NCBI RefSeq assembly: GCF_004010195.1
Contig: NC_057718.1
Span: 81,025,666-81,089,665, forward strand
From: Chiloscyllium plagiosum
Taxonomy: Eukaryota
DNA: 64,000 nucleotides
Direction: 5' to 3'
The notes below the pieces were generated by a model. That model saw only the letters and a list, made by a program, of their open reading frames with translations. It was not told the origin of the DNA and ran no database searches. A program made the position numbers and the translations under genes. Below, piece after piece: positions 51,745 through 64,000 of the stretch. Each line of letters begins with the position of its first letter. Within the stretch, counting starts at the first letter, position 1.

Positions 51745-52565
51745 TAAGCTCTAACAGCCCTGTAAAAGATTGTGGTATGCTGCTGCCTTGAACTACTGTA
51801 GTCCTTTATAGGTTTGTTGAAAGTCATGTTAGGAAGGAAGTTCCTGGGGTTTGACCATTGACAATGAAGGAATAGCAATGTAGATCCAAGTTAGGATGAT
51901 CTATTCCTTGGAAGGGGACTTTGTCTTGTCCTTTATAGATGGTTGATCATGGTTTTGAAAGTTATTGTTGAAGCAGTCTTGGTAAGTTGCATCTAGCAGA
52001 TGATACATCAGCATGGTGTTAAGCTTCTTGGTTGTTCAATCTGCACTTATCCAGGTAAGCGGAAAGCATTGAATTCCATCGTACTTTTGACTTGTGCCTT
52101 GCAGATCATAGACGGGCATTGAGGAGACGGGTTAACTCACCACAGCATTCCTAGCTTCTGACCTGCTCTTCTAGTCACAGTATTTATGTGGCTGGTCAAG
52201 TTCTGTTTCTTTGTGACAACCCACAAGATGTTGATAGTTGGGGATTTAATGATGATAATGTCATTGATCATCAGGGAACATAGCAAGCTAGTTAGATTAT
52301 TTTGTATTTGAGATGGTCATTGTCTGGCACTTTGCCCAGGTATTGCTGTGTGTGCCACAAGCTGCTTCATTATTTGTTGGGTGCTAAATGGTGATGAACA
52401 TTGTGCACTGTACACCCAACTTCAGACCTATGATGGAGGGAAGGTCATTGAGGTTGCTGAAGATAGTTGGGCCGAGATCACAACCTGACAACCTCATTGC
52501 AATGTCATGAGGTTGAGTTGATTGACTTCCAGAAACAACAGTCTTCTTTCTTTGTGCTCAGTAAG
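51745..52565 (-). mobile_element. Old LINE fragment of the same family as 2935-3440
   Basis: Shared blocks such as ctgacctgctctt..cacagt.tttat and gttaggaaggaagttcc. Confidence 0.5.
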
Positions 52566-52589
52566 ACTTCAAACAGCAACCCACTGATT

Positions 52590-54295
52590 TCAAAAACAGA
52601 AGGTGTTAGAAAAGCTCAGCAAGTCTGGTAGCATCTGTGAAAAGAAATCAGAGTTCACATTTCGGGTCTGGTGATTTTTCAATGGTAGCTCGGAAAATGT
52701 TGGTTTACGTGAGAAGATAGCGTGGAGAAAGGAGGTAAGGCGTAAACAATAAGTGGGGATAGAGCTCAAAGAGAGAGAAGAACAGTTGGACAGACAAAGG
52801 AATGGATAACGATCTGGCTCAGAAGGTGACTAGCAGTTAGTGGAGACTTAGTGGCTAACAATAGGTACTGTGTAATGGCAGACTGTGAGATAACAAGGTC
52901 TGGTGTGTGGAGTAGGGGGCTAGATCATAGGAGAGATCAGGCCCTAAAATTGTTGAATTTGGTATTGAATCCAGAGGGCTGCAGGGTTCCCAAGCAGAAA
53001 ATGAAGTGGTGTTCTTCTAGCTTGTGCTGCGCTTTACTGGAACATTGAAGCAAGCCAAAGACTGATAAGTTGGCCATGGACTAGAGTGGTGTGTTAAAGT
53101 GGCAGGCAACTGGAAGATCAACGTCTTTGTGCTTCATTTCCCCAGTGTAGAGGAGATCACATTGTGAGCAGTGAATGCAGTAGACTAGATTGTGAGAAGT
53201 GCAGGTAAACTGCTGCTTCACCTGGGAGGTACGTGTGGGCCTTCGGATTTTGAGGGAGCAGATAAATCAGCAGGTGTTACACCTGCGGCGGTTGCAGACG
53301 AAGGTGCTGTGGGGGGCTGTTGGGAGTGAAGGAAGACTTGACTAGGGTGCCCTGGATTGAACGGTTCCTGTGGAAATGAGACAAGGGAGGGGAGGGGAAT
53401 GTATGTCTAGAGCTGGTGGAGATGGTGGCTGATGGTCATCTTCTGGATGTGGATGCTGGTGTAATGGTAGGTAAGGACAACGGGAACCCTATTGCTGGGA
53501 GGGAAGAGAGGATGAGGGCCCTGTCGACAATGGTGCTGGGGAGTCCTTTGTTGAGGAAGAAGGTGGACATTTCGGAGGCTCCCTTGTTGAAGTTTGCCTC
53601 ATTATAACACATGCAACGGAGATGGAGGAACTGGGAGAATGGAATTGAGTCTTTACACGAAGCAGGGTGCGAGGATATACAGTCCAGGTAGTTGTGGGTG
53701 TTGGTGGGTTTATAGTGGATATTAATGGCCAGTCTATCCCCAGAAATGGAAACAGAGCTGTTGAGGGAAGGCAAGGGAGGAGACAGAGATAGGGCGGGGT
53801 GGAAATTGGAAGCAAAATCAGTGAACTTTTCCAATTCTGGACAAGAGAGGGAAGCAGCACCTCCAATATCATAGATATATCAGAGAAAGAGTTGTGGTAG
53901 GGTTTGGAATAGGACTGGAGCAAGGAATGTTCCTCGTATCCCATGAAGAGATAGGCATAACTGAGGCCCATGTGGGTACCCATGGCCACCCCTCTGACCT
54001 GAAGAAAATGAGAGCAGTTAAAAGAGAAGTTGTTGAGGGTGAGGATGAGCTCGACCAAGCGGTAAAGGGTGGTGGTGGATGGGTACGGTCCAGGCCTTTA
54101 CTGCAGGAAGAAGTTGGAGCCCTGAGACCAACCTGGACGCTTAAAGGAATTGCACATCCATGGTGAGGATGAGGCAGTTGAAGCCTACAAACTGGAAATC
54201 CTGAAACTGGCGTAAAGTGTCAAAGGAATCATGGATGTACATGGGCAGTGACTGGACCAGAGGAGAAAAGACTGAGTCAAGGTAGGAAGAGAGGG
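52590..54295 (-). mobile_element. Penelope-like element with RT, GIY-YIG remnant and terminus
   Basis: LILTMDVQFL (motif A); LNNFSFN..HFLQVRGVAMGT.MG.SYA.LFMG (motif B); IHYKPTNTHNYLD..SSHP..CKDSIPFSQFL.LR. Confidence 0.9.
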
Positions 54296-54329
54296 TTTTA
54301 ACCCCTAGATTTCCATTGACTCCAGTTAT

Positions 54330-57300
54330 AAAACATAAAACCAGCACAGTACAGGTCCTTCGGCCCTCAATGTTGCACCGACCTTTCATACCAATCGGAA
54401 GCCCATCTAACCTACACTATTCCATGTACGTCATTTGGCAAATAGAATTAAGGAGAATCCAAAGGGTTTTCACAACTATATTAAGGACAAAAGGGTATCG
54501 AGGGAGAGAATAGGGCCCCTCAAGGCGGCCTTTGTGTGGAGCCACAGAAAATGGGGGAGATACTAAATGAATATTTTGCATCAGTACTTACTGTGGAAAA
54601 GGATATGGAAGATATAGACTGTAGGGAAATAGATGGTGACATCTTGCAAAGTGTCCAGATTACAGAGGAGGAAGTGATGGATGTTTTGAAATGGTTAAAA
54701 GTGGATAAATCCCCAGGACCTGATCAGGTGTACCCGAGAAGTCTGTGGGAAGCTAGAGAAGTGATTGCTGGGCGTCTTGCTGAGATATTTGTATCATCAA
54801 TAGTCACAGGTGAGGTGCCGGAAGACTGGAGGTTGGCAAACGTGGTGCCACTGTTTAAAAAGGGTTGTAAAGACAAGCCAGGGAACTATAGACTGGTGAG
54901 CCTGACCTCAGTGGTGGGCAAGTTGTTGGAGAGAAGCCTGGGGGACAGGATGTACATGTATTTTGAAATGCAAGGACTGATTCGGGATAGTCAACATGGC
55001 TTTGTGTGTGGGAAATCATGTCTCACAAAATTGATTGAGTTTTTTGAAGAAGTAACAAAGAGGATTGATGAGGGCAGAGCAGTAGATGTGATCTATATGG
55101 ACTTCATTAAGGCGTTCGATAAGGTTCCTCATGGGAGACTGATTAGCAAGGTGAGATCTCCTGCAAAACAGGGAGAATTAGCCATTTGGATACAGAACTG
55201 GCTCAAAGGTAGAAGTCCGAGAGTGGTCGTGGAGGGTTGTTTTTCAGACTGGAGGCCTGTGACCAGTGGAGTGCCACAAGGATTGGTGCTGGGCCCTCTA
55301 CTTTTTGTCATTTACATAAGAGGTACGGTTAGTAAGTGTGCAGATGACACCAAAATTGGAGGTGTAGTGGACAGCGAAGAGGGTTACCTCAGATTACAAT
55401 AGGATCTGGACCAAATGGACCAGTGGGCTGAGAAGTGGCAGATGGAGTTTAATTCAGATAAATGCAAGATGCTGCATTTTGAGAAAGCGAATCTTAGCAG
55501 GACTTATACACTTAAATGGTAAGTGTTGCTGAACAAAGAGACCTTGGAGTGCAGGTTCATAGCTCCTTGAAAGTGGAGTCGCAGATAGATAGGATAGTGA
55601 AGAAGGCGTTTGGTATGCTTTCCTTTATTGGTCAGAGTATTGAGTACTCTGGGAGGTCATGTTGCGGCTGTACAGGACATTGGTTAGGCCACTGTTGGAA
55701 TATTGCGTGCAATTCTGGTCTCCTTCCTATCGGAAAGATGTTGTGAAACTTGAAAGGGTTCAGAAAAGATTTACAAGGATGTTGCCAGGGTTGGACGATC
55801 TGAGCTACGGAGAGAGGCTGAACAGGCTGGGGCTGTTGGAGGCTGAGGGGTGACCTTGTAGAGGTTTACAAAATTATGAGGGGCATGGATAGGATAAATA
55901 GACAAAGTCTTTTCCCTGGGGTGGGGGAGTCCAGAACTAGAGGGCAAAGGTTTAGGGTTAGAGGGGAAAGATATGAAAGAGACCTAAGGGGCAACATTTT
56001 CATGCAGAGGGTGGTACGTGTATGGAATGAGCTGCCAGAGGATGTGGTGGAGGCTGGTACTATTGCAACATTTAAAAGGCATTTAGGTGGGTATATGAAT
56101 AGGAAGGGTTTGGAGGGATATGGGCCGGGTGCTGGCAAGTGGGACTAGATTGGGTTGGGATATCTGGTCGGCATGGACGAGTTGGACTGAAGGGTCTGTT
56201 TCAATGCTGTACATCTCTATGACTCTATGTGCTTGTCCAATGACGACTTAAATGTACTTAAAGTTGGCAAATCTACTACCTTCGCTGGCGAAGCATTCCA
56301 TACCCTTACTACTCTGAGTAAAGAAACTACCTCTGACATCTGTCCTATATCTATCGCCCCTCAACTTAAAGCTATGCCCCCTCATGCTCACCCATCACCA
56401 TACTTGGAAAAATGCTCTCCCTGTCCACCCTATCTAACCCTCTGATTATCTTATATGTCTCTATTAAGTCACCTCTCGACCTTCTCTCTAACGAAAACAG
56501 TTTCCAGTCCCTCAGCCTTTCCTTGTAAGAGCTTCCCTCCATACCAGGCAACATCCCAGTAAATCTCCTCTGCACCCTTTCCAAAGCTTCCACATCCTCC
56601 TCCTAACGCGGTGACCAGAACTACACACAATACTCCAAGTGCGGCCGCACCAGAGTTTTGTACAGCTGCAGCATAACCTCATGGTTCCGGAACTCGATCC
56701 CTCTATTAATAAAAGCTAAAACACTGTATGCCTTCTTAACAACCCTGTCAACCTGGGTGGCAACTTTCAAGGATCTGTGTACATGGACACTGAGAGTCTC
56801 TGCTTATCTACACTACCAAGAATCTTACCATTAGCCCAGTACTTTGCATTCCGGTTACTCCGACCAAAGTGAATCACTTCACACTTGTCTGCATTAAACT
56901 CCATTTGCCACCTCTCCGCAGCTTATCTATGTCTCTCTCTAATCCTCAACATCTTTCATCACTATCCACAGCTCCACCGACCTTGGTGTCATCTGCAAAT
57001 TTACTAACCCACCCTTCTACGCCCTCATCCAGGTCGTTTATAAAAATGACAAACAGCAGTGGACCCAGCCCTGACCCTTGCGGTACACAACAAGTAACTG
57101 GACTCCAGGATGAACATTTCCCATCAACCACCACCCTCTGTCTTCTTTCAGCAAGCCAATTACTGATCCAAACTGCTATAATCTCCCACAATCCCATTCC
57201 TCCGCATTTTGTACAATAACCTACTGTGGGGAACCTTATCGAAAGCCTTGCTGAAATCCATATACACCACATCAACCGGTTTCCTCTCAAAGAACTCAAT

Positions 57301-57705
57301 AAGGTTTGTGAGGCGCAACCTACCCTTCACAAAACCGTGCCGACTACCCTGAATCAAATTATTCTTTTTTAGATGATTATAAATCCTATTTCTTATCACC
57401 TTTTCCAACACTTTACCAACAACTGAAGTAAGGCTCACTGGTCTATAATTACCAGGGTTGTCTCTACTCCCCTTCTTGAACAGGGGAACCACATTTGCTA
57501 TCCTCCAGACTTCTGGCACTATTCATTAGACAATGATTATTTAAAGATCAATGCCAATGGTTCGGCAATATCCTTCCTGGCTTCCCAGAGGATCCTAGGA
57601 TAAATCTCATCCGGCCCAGGGGACTTAGCTATTTTCACACTCTGCAGGATTTCTAATACCTCATCCTTGTGAACCTCAATCTCATCTAGTTTAGTAGCCT
57701 GGGTT
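54330..57705 (-). mobile_element. CR1 (54330-54432 and 56228-57705) split by an opposite-strand CR1
   Basis: The 3' UTR halves rejoin. RT ORFs carry [28 protein letters not shown] and FADD. Confidence 0.88.
54433..56227 (+). mobile_element. 5'-truncated CR1 with a 288-aa RT ORF (54536-55402)
   Basis: [25 protein letters not shown]; ends in tctatgactct. Confidence 0.92.
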
Positions 57706-57719
57706 TCTTGATGCCATAT

Positions 57720-58170
57720 TTAGGTAATACTGCTCTGATGTCAAAGGCAGTCACTCTCACCCCACTTTGAGTTCAGCAATTTACAACCTTGGTCCAAACA
57801 TGGATTAATAAGGTCACGAGCAGAGTGGCCCTGGTAGAATCTAAACTAACAATTAGTGATCAAATTATTGTTGAGCATATGCTGATAAATAATGCTGTTA
57901 AAGACTCTTTCCATCATTTTGTGGTAATTGATTGGGTGGATCTATGGACAGGACACATCTGGCCAATTTTCCACTTTCCTTGGTAAATGGAAATGCTTGC
58001 AACTGTACTGGAACCACTGGGCCAGGGACACGACTAAATCTGCATGTCTTTGGTACTTTAGCCAAAATGTTTTCAGGGCTGATGGCTATTACAGTCTGCA
58101 AGATGCTTTCAGTTTCTTGATGGGCTGTTTTGGCTGGCACCAATTCATATGTCGATATCAGAGTTGGTTG
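57720..58170 (-). mobile_element. Old LINE RT N-terminal remnant
   Basis: Frameshifted ISPENILAKVPKTC..LAQWFQYS..KIGQMCPVH. Confidence 0.55.
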
Positions 58171-59209
58171 GGAAAGGTTAGCGTAGAGAGATTGGGGACA
58201 GGGGAGTTTGGGCTCAAGGGGAGGGGCAAGGTTTGAAGCGATCAGGATGGAGGGTGGTGGAGAGATGGAGGCTGTGGTGATCAGGATTTGAGCGGGTTTG
58301 GTGAAGAAATCGAGATGACTCCAATGGGAGAGATTAGGACCCTGGAGAAAACCACAAGGGAGGTTGGGAGGGAGAGAACTGGAAAGGATTACTGGGCTTT
58401 CCTTGACACCTCCCAAACCGTCTACCCCAAAACCCCTAACTCCTTTCTTTGTCAATCCCCCATCCCCACTATCCCAAATCCTGACTCCTTCTCACTCCTG
58501 GAGTTCCTCAAAACACCTGTCCAATGTCCAACATTCTCAAATGCTCTACCCCTGCAGCACAAAAGCCCACATCAAAACAGCATGTGGACTCCCTGCGTAC
58601 GTGCAGTAATGCATTTATATGTGATTGTCAGTGATTGGAACCATGCATTCCCCAATGAGCATGCATGTATAGTTGCCCATAATTGTCAGTGTCAGCAAAA
58701 GTCGTCACCTTGACATTGTCTTTCTTGAGATGCTGAATAGTCTAGACCTATTGCTGTTCCAATTTCACATACTTAAATCATTGAGTTAAAAGTACATTGC
58801 CAGACTTTTTTTTACTTCTCTTCTGTCAAGGAGGTTACCCATTCATCTACATCTTGGTAAACTGTTCACAACCTCCATACCAATATACCTTAATGCACTT
58901 TGGAGTTATGTTGGCAAATCTGATGTGTAGGCCCACATTCTAATGTGCAGAATTTTTATTTTTGAAAAACTGTGGTCCAGTGCTTGGGTCTTTATTATTG
59001 ATTTTATTTATGGATTGGTTGCTTCAAAACGTGCAATTCTTTGTTGATCTGTTCACAAAGTTATAGCAATTCTGAATGGTGGGTTGTATGATAAAAACAC
59101 GTTTCTCTGTGTAATTGATTAGTAGTGATATGATGTAATATAGCCAACAGTGCAAGTGGTTTTTGGAAATCATAATTTGTGTGATCATGGTTTTTGAGGT
59201 TGGTGATCA

Positions 59210-59745
59210 GAGCTGGAAATGCGTTGCTGGAAAAGCGCAGCAGGTCAGACAGCATCCAGGGAACAGGAGAATCGACGTTTTGGGCATAAGCCCTTCTTCA
59301 GGAATGGGGAAAGTTTGTCCAGCAGGCTAAGATAAAAGGTAGGGAGGAGGGACTTGGGGGAGGGGCGTCGGAAATGTGATAGGTGGAAAGAGGTCAAGGT
59401 GAGGGTGATAGGTCAGACTGGGGTGGGGGCGGAGAGGTCGGGAAGAAGATCTCCGGTTAGGAAGGCGGTGCTGAATTTGATGGATTTGACTGAGACAGGG
59501 TGGGGGGAGGGGAAATGAGGAAACTGGTGAAATCCGAGTTCATCCCTTGTGGTTGGAGGGTTCCTAGGCGGAAGATGAGGCGTTCTTCCTCCAACCGTCA
59601 TTTTGTTGTGGTCTGACGATGGAGGAGTCCAAAGACCTGCATATCCTTGGTGGAGTGGGAGGGGGAATTGAAATGTTGAGCTACAGGGTGGTTGGGTTGG
59701 TTGGTCCGGGTGTCCCAGAGGTGTTCTCTGAAACGCTCCGCAAGT
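59210..59745 (-). mobile_element. PLE 3' fragment with hammerhead
   Basis: Exact TSD aggttggtgatca at 59197-59209 and 59746-59758. Encodes AERFREHL..HPVAQHFNSPSH..RLEEERLIFRLGTLQP. HHR at 59274-59301 with G12>A. Confidence 0.9.
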
Positions 59746-59819
59746 AGGTTGGTGATCATCCAAGTCTATGAATTTATACATAATATGGAAAAAAGAGGTT
59801 TTTGACCTCGTAGAATGAA

Positions 59820-60120
59820 TGGACATTAATCCAGAGACCTGTACTCCCATCATGGCAGATGGTGGAATTTGAATTCAGTGAAAATCTGGAATTAAGCATT
59901 TAATGGTGATCATGACAACATTGTTGATAATTAAGGAAAAACCCATCTGGCTCACTCATGTCCTTTCGGGAAGGCAACTGCCATTCTTACTTGGTCTGGC
60001 CAACATATGACACTAGGTGCAGAGCAATGTGGTTGACTCTTAATTGTCCCCTGGGATCAGAGATGAGCAACCAATGGTGGCCTCACGATGTCCACATCCC
60101 ATGTATAAATAAATAAAAAG
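59820..60120 (+). mobile_element. Degenerate SINE-like dispersed repeat
   Basis: A related copy lies at about 10350-10560 (-) (catggcagatggtggaatttgaattcagt). A-rich tail. Confidence 0.5.
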
Positions 60121-60719
60121 GACTGCTTACTAAGAATTGAACACAGAAGTTGTGCATTGAGGCCTTATCTCTGTTAATGCAGTGACTGCTGATCAGCTGC
60201 AGTAGGTACATTCAGAATCCCAGTAAATATGAGGTAACAACCAAAATAGATACAAGTACAGTTGAAACTGAGGATAAGCACAGCATACTTAATATTCTGA
60301 ATGATTAATTTCACCAAGTATTCATATCACTGTGCTTTTCCAACATACCTTCCTCAGAGCCAACCAAACTATAATTAATTACTTTGATTAGGACAAAATA
60401 AATAAATCAACTGAGAGAGACTACATTTTGAGTGTTGAAATATTCTGATGAGATTTGAGGTACAGTGGATATTACTGGAAGTTGAGGCAGTAGGAGTAGA
60501 ATGGAAAGTGGTCATTGTTGGTCTAATATTACATGCAGAGACAACTACAAACTCCTTAACCTGCTTTTCATTCTAAATTTACCAGTAACATATTTGAAAA
60601 TTGTGTAATAGTAATCTCGTTAAAAAAAAATTCAATATTCAGAAATGGAAGATCCTGGCAGACTGTTCTGACTGAGTTAGGGGCATCTGAAGTGAATTCT
60701 GGGAATCCCTTTTAATATG

Positions 60720-61295
60720 ATGCAATTAGACTTTCAAATGATATTTGACAAAGGTCCATATTGAAGGTAGGTAAAATGCAAATGGTTTAGAAACTGGCTG
60801 AAGGAGAAAATAAGAATAAACTATGAACTTAAGCTGGGAATGCTGCATGTGGTACTTCAGAACCTGATGTTGCAAAGTAAATGTTTTGAGATGTTGCTGA
60901 GAAGTGAAGTCACTTTATAATTGCAAACATATTCGATTTTTGGGGGCTTGACAGGATATATGGACAGTGTGTTTCTCCCTTGAACTGGAGGATATAATCT
61001 TAGAATAGAGGAATTCCAGTGAAGACAGATATGAGGCGCAATTTCTTATTTCAGACGGTCGTCAGTTTGTGAAACTTTTACTGCAGACAGCTGTAAGGAC
61101 TGGTATTTTTAAGTATATTTAAGGCTGAGATTTATTTTTAATCAGGAGAAGAATCCAAGCTTATGGGCAGAAGGCAGGAAAGTGGAGTTCCAGATTACTA
61201 GACCAGCCATGATCTCAGCCATGATCTCATCGAATGGTAATGCAGGCTCGATGGTCTGAATGGACTACTTCTGCTCCGACTTGTTGTGGTTTTAT
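60720..61295 (+). mobile_element. Old CR1 remnant with deletions
   Basis: LDFQM.FDK.P-like motif and a 3' UTR (gccatgatctc..gaatgg..ggactacttctgctcc). Confidence 0.55.
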
Positions 61296-62234
61296 GCAAG
61301 ATACCATGTTTTTCAAAGTGAGTTCAGTTTTTTAAAAAAAAAAATAAAAACATTCTTTTATTTCAAAGATTTTGGAAGTTTACGTAAAAATGCTTTTGAG
61401 ATTTGTTTTAGATAATCATTTGACAAATTGCTCAAGTTGAATCTGGAATGATACATTTTGTTACATACATAGAAGCAGTTAATGGTACAGGTAGTTTTCC
61501 TATAACGTGCATTTATTAAATGCGATTTGTCTAATGTGATTTGTGAATAGCTGATCTTGCTTTTGTAAAGCAAACTCCTGTTCGCTTTTGCATGATTCTC
61601 ATCCCTGGCACTCGGCGTCACGGTGTATAGAGGACTGGACTCTGTTGGCATCGCATGATCAAAAGCATTATGAAATGTTTGTGCTAGTAGACTTGGAAAA
61701 GCATTGTGAAAATGTCCTTATAGCCTGAGGACAAGAAGCTGGGAGCAGTCTGTTAATTTAAAGATTTAGAGTTGAGATTAGAATGAAATTTCACTGGAAT
61801 TGACTAACAGTGAAAGGGCAGTGTTGAAAAGTTTGAAACTTGGCTTTGTTTGTATTAAGAGCTTTTTCTCTCATTTTGTTTAAAAAATGTGTTTAGATGC
61901 TAAAGAATATCTGCAGACTCATGTGAGTCTGTTACGGTGACTAATCAGTATGGTAACCAACTACAAAAAAATACCAGTACAGGGGCTTGAAATGGCCAGG
62001 ATGATCAGAGTAAGGAAACTCTGCACATAGTGGGTGAGGGAGAGCAAGGGTACTTTTGGTGCATTTGTGGAGATGTCCTGAGGGGGTGAGTAGGCTGTTT
62101 CGAAGAGATTGAGGGTTAGTCATGGTCAGATGTTAGCGAGGATGAGAGTGAGTGGAGATGATGATGTAGGAAATGGTGTGTATGGTAGCAGAGATAGAGT
62201 GCGTGTGAGGTATCAATGTGAAGATGGTGGCACT

Positions 62235-62465
62235 TTCACTGGCAGAGTGAAGAAGGTCTTAGTCTTCTTCCTATATTCTGTGCATTCCTTCAGATGGTTG
62301 AGATTGCACTGGCCTGGATGGTAACCCTCGTCTACGTTGGCATGGTTGCAGTAAAATGGTTAACTCTGTTGGCGTGGGAGAAAAGGACATCCTGTCTTTG
62401 GATCACCCCATTCCCTCACCATTTCCATGTCCCTGCCCATAAAGAGCAGCACCAATTTTCCATTA
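62235..62465 (-). pseudogene. Fossil Myb/SANT-like DNA-binding gene of the Harbinger-partner type
   Basis: Frameshifted F.GRDMEMV..GVIQRQDVLF..MPT*TRV..QASAISTI*RNA..YRKK..DLLHSA. The stop in MPT*TRV falls where a conserved Trp is expected. A TIR-like aagattcagccc lies at 62785-62796. Confidence 0.55.
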
Positions 62466-62796
62466 TCTGTCACATCCAGGATCAATGTCAGGAGCCATGC
62501 AGGGCAGCTCTGACAGCTCTTCTCTGGGTGCACAATGTCATTTTAAAAATGGTGCTGCACCTTGGATGTTGGTTAATCCTGGGATATTCAGGAAGTGGTG
62601 AGTTGTTCTGGAAATGGCGCATGATTTGATGGGGCTAGAATGTGTAAAAGGGGCACCAAAGAATGGGGTACGTCATAAATCAGGCAGGTTTTCTGAAATA
62701 AGGTGATATAACGTCCCTAACTATCATGTTGCGAAAATCTCCAAAAAAAAAACTTGACAAAGCTGACACTTAGTGAAAGAAATTAAGATTCAGCCC

Positions 62797-63945
62797 ATAG
62801 AACATAGAACATTACAGCGCAGTATAGGCCCTTCAGCCTTCGATGTTGCTCTGACCTGTGGAACCAATCTGAAGCCCATCTAGCCTACACTATTCCATTC
62901 TCGTCCATATAACTATCCAATGACCATTTAAATGCCCGTAAAGTTGGCGAGTCTATCACTATTGCAGGCAGTGTGTTCCACGCCCCTACTACTCTGAGTA
63001 AAGAAACCTCTGACATCTGTCCTATATCTATCACCCCTCAATTTGAAGCTATGCTCCCTCATGCTAGCCATCACCATCCTAGGAAAAAGGCTCTCACTGT
63101 CCACCTGATCCAACCCTCTGATTATCTTTATATATTTCATTAAGTTTGCCTCTCAACCTCCTTTTCTCTAACGGAAACAGCGTCAAGTCCCTCAGCCTTT
63201 GTCATAAGACCTTCCCTCCATACAAGGCAACATCCTAGTAAATCTCCTCTGATCCATTTCCAAAGCTTCCACATCCTTCCTCTGATGTGGTGACCAGAAC
63301 TGCACACAATGCTCCAAGTTCAGCCACACCAGAAATTTATCCAGCTGCAGCATGACCTAATGGTTCCAAACTTGATTCCTCTCCTAATAAAAGCTACTGC
63401 ACCGTATGCTTTCTTAACAGTTCTATCAATCTGGGTGGCAACTTTGAGGGATCTATGTACATGTACACAGAGATCTCTCTGGTCATCTACACAACCAAGA
63501 ATCTTACCATTCGCCCAGTACTCTGCATTCCTGTTACTCCTTCCAAAGTGAATCACCCCTCAGTTTTCTGCATCAAACTACATTTGCCACCTGTCAACCC
63601 AGCTCTGCAGCTTATCTACGTCCCTCTGTAACCTACAACATCCTTCGGCACTATCCACAACTGTATTGACCTTAGTGTCGTTTGCAAATTTACTAACCCA
63701 TTCTTTGACATCCTCATTCAGGTCACTTACAAAAGTGATAAACAGCCCTGGTCCCAAAACCGATCCTTGCGGTACATTGCTAGTAACTGAACTCCAAGAT
63801 GAACATTTCCCACAACCACCACCCTCTTTCTTCTTTCAGCTAGCCAGTTTCTGATCCAAACCACTAAATCACCCTCAATCCCATGCCTCCGTAGTTTGTG
63901 CAGTAGCCTGCCATGGGGAATCTTATCAAATGCCTTACTTAATCT
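62797..63945 (-). mobile_element. 5'-truncated CR1 of the same subfamily as 47316 and 56228
   Basis: Tail atagaacatagaac; IHFGRSNRNAEYWANGKILG; FKLRGDRYRTDVRG. Confidence 0.9.
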
Positions 63946-64000
63946 ATCAAGACAGGTTTAATTCTGGAATCTGACTTGAGCAATGTTACCATTGGATAGG

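Noticed and set aside
58555..58595. Second Harbinger transposase motif (STKAHIKTACGL)
   Set aside because: A single short resemblance with no flanking motifs.
61486..61560. Tc1/mariner-like terminus (ta-caggtagttttcctataacg)
   Set aside because: No partner inverted end was found.
1..64000. Host protein-coding gene from the ORF track
   Set aside because: Every recognisable ORF is transposon-derived or the antisense of one. No spliced exon chain could be supported, although short exons could have been missed by eye.

Overview
Vertebrate non-coding DNA, almost certainly from a cartilaginous fish: it carries a shark HE1-type SINE, HER1/CR1-type LINEs and a DeuSINE. I found no convincing host exon, so the window is probably intronic or intergenic. 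It is dominated by nested, mostly decayed transposable elements. These include many CR1 LINEs (two near full length, at 15.7-20.4 kb and 47.3-50.5 kb, plus an apparently intact 5' end at the window start), solo LTRs, SINEs and fossil PIF/Harbinger genes (transposase and Myb/SANT partner). The most striking feature is a dense set of Penelope-like element (PLE) insertions. About a dozen minimal hammerhead-ribozyme (HHR) motifs are visible. Five insertions share a fold-back plan of inverted arms, a one-sided tail of about 33-41 nt and a 10-15 bp target-site duplication (TSD); three of these are nested together at 36.0-39.0 kb. Three further TSD-flanked inserts of about 126-132 bp are little more than a hammerhead plus tail. 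Coordinates were read by eye: TSD-defined ends are precise, other ends are approximate. Family names come from motif recognition, not database searches.
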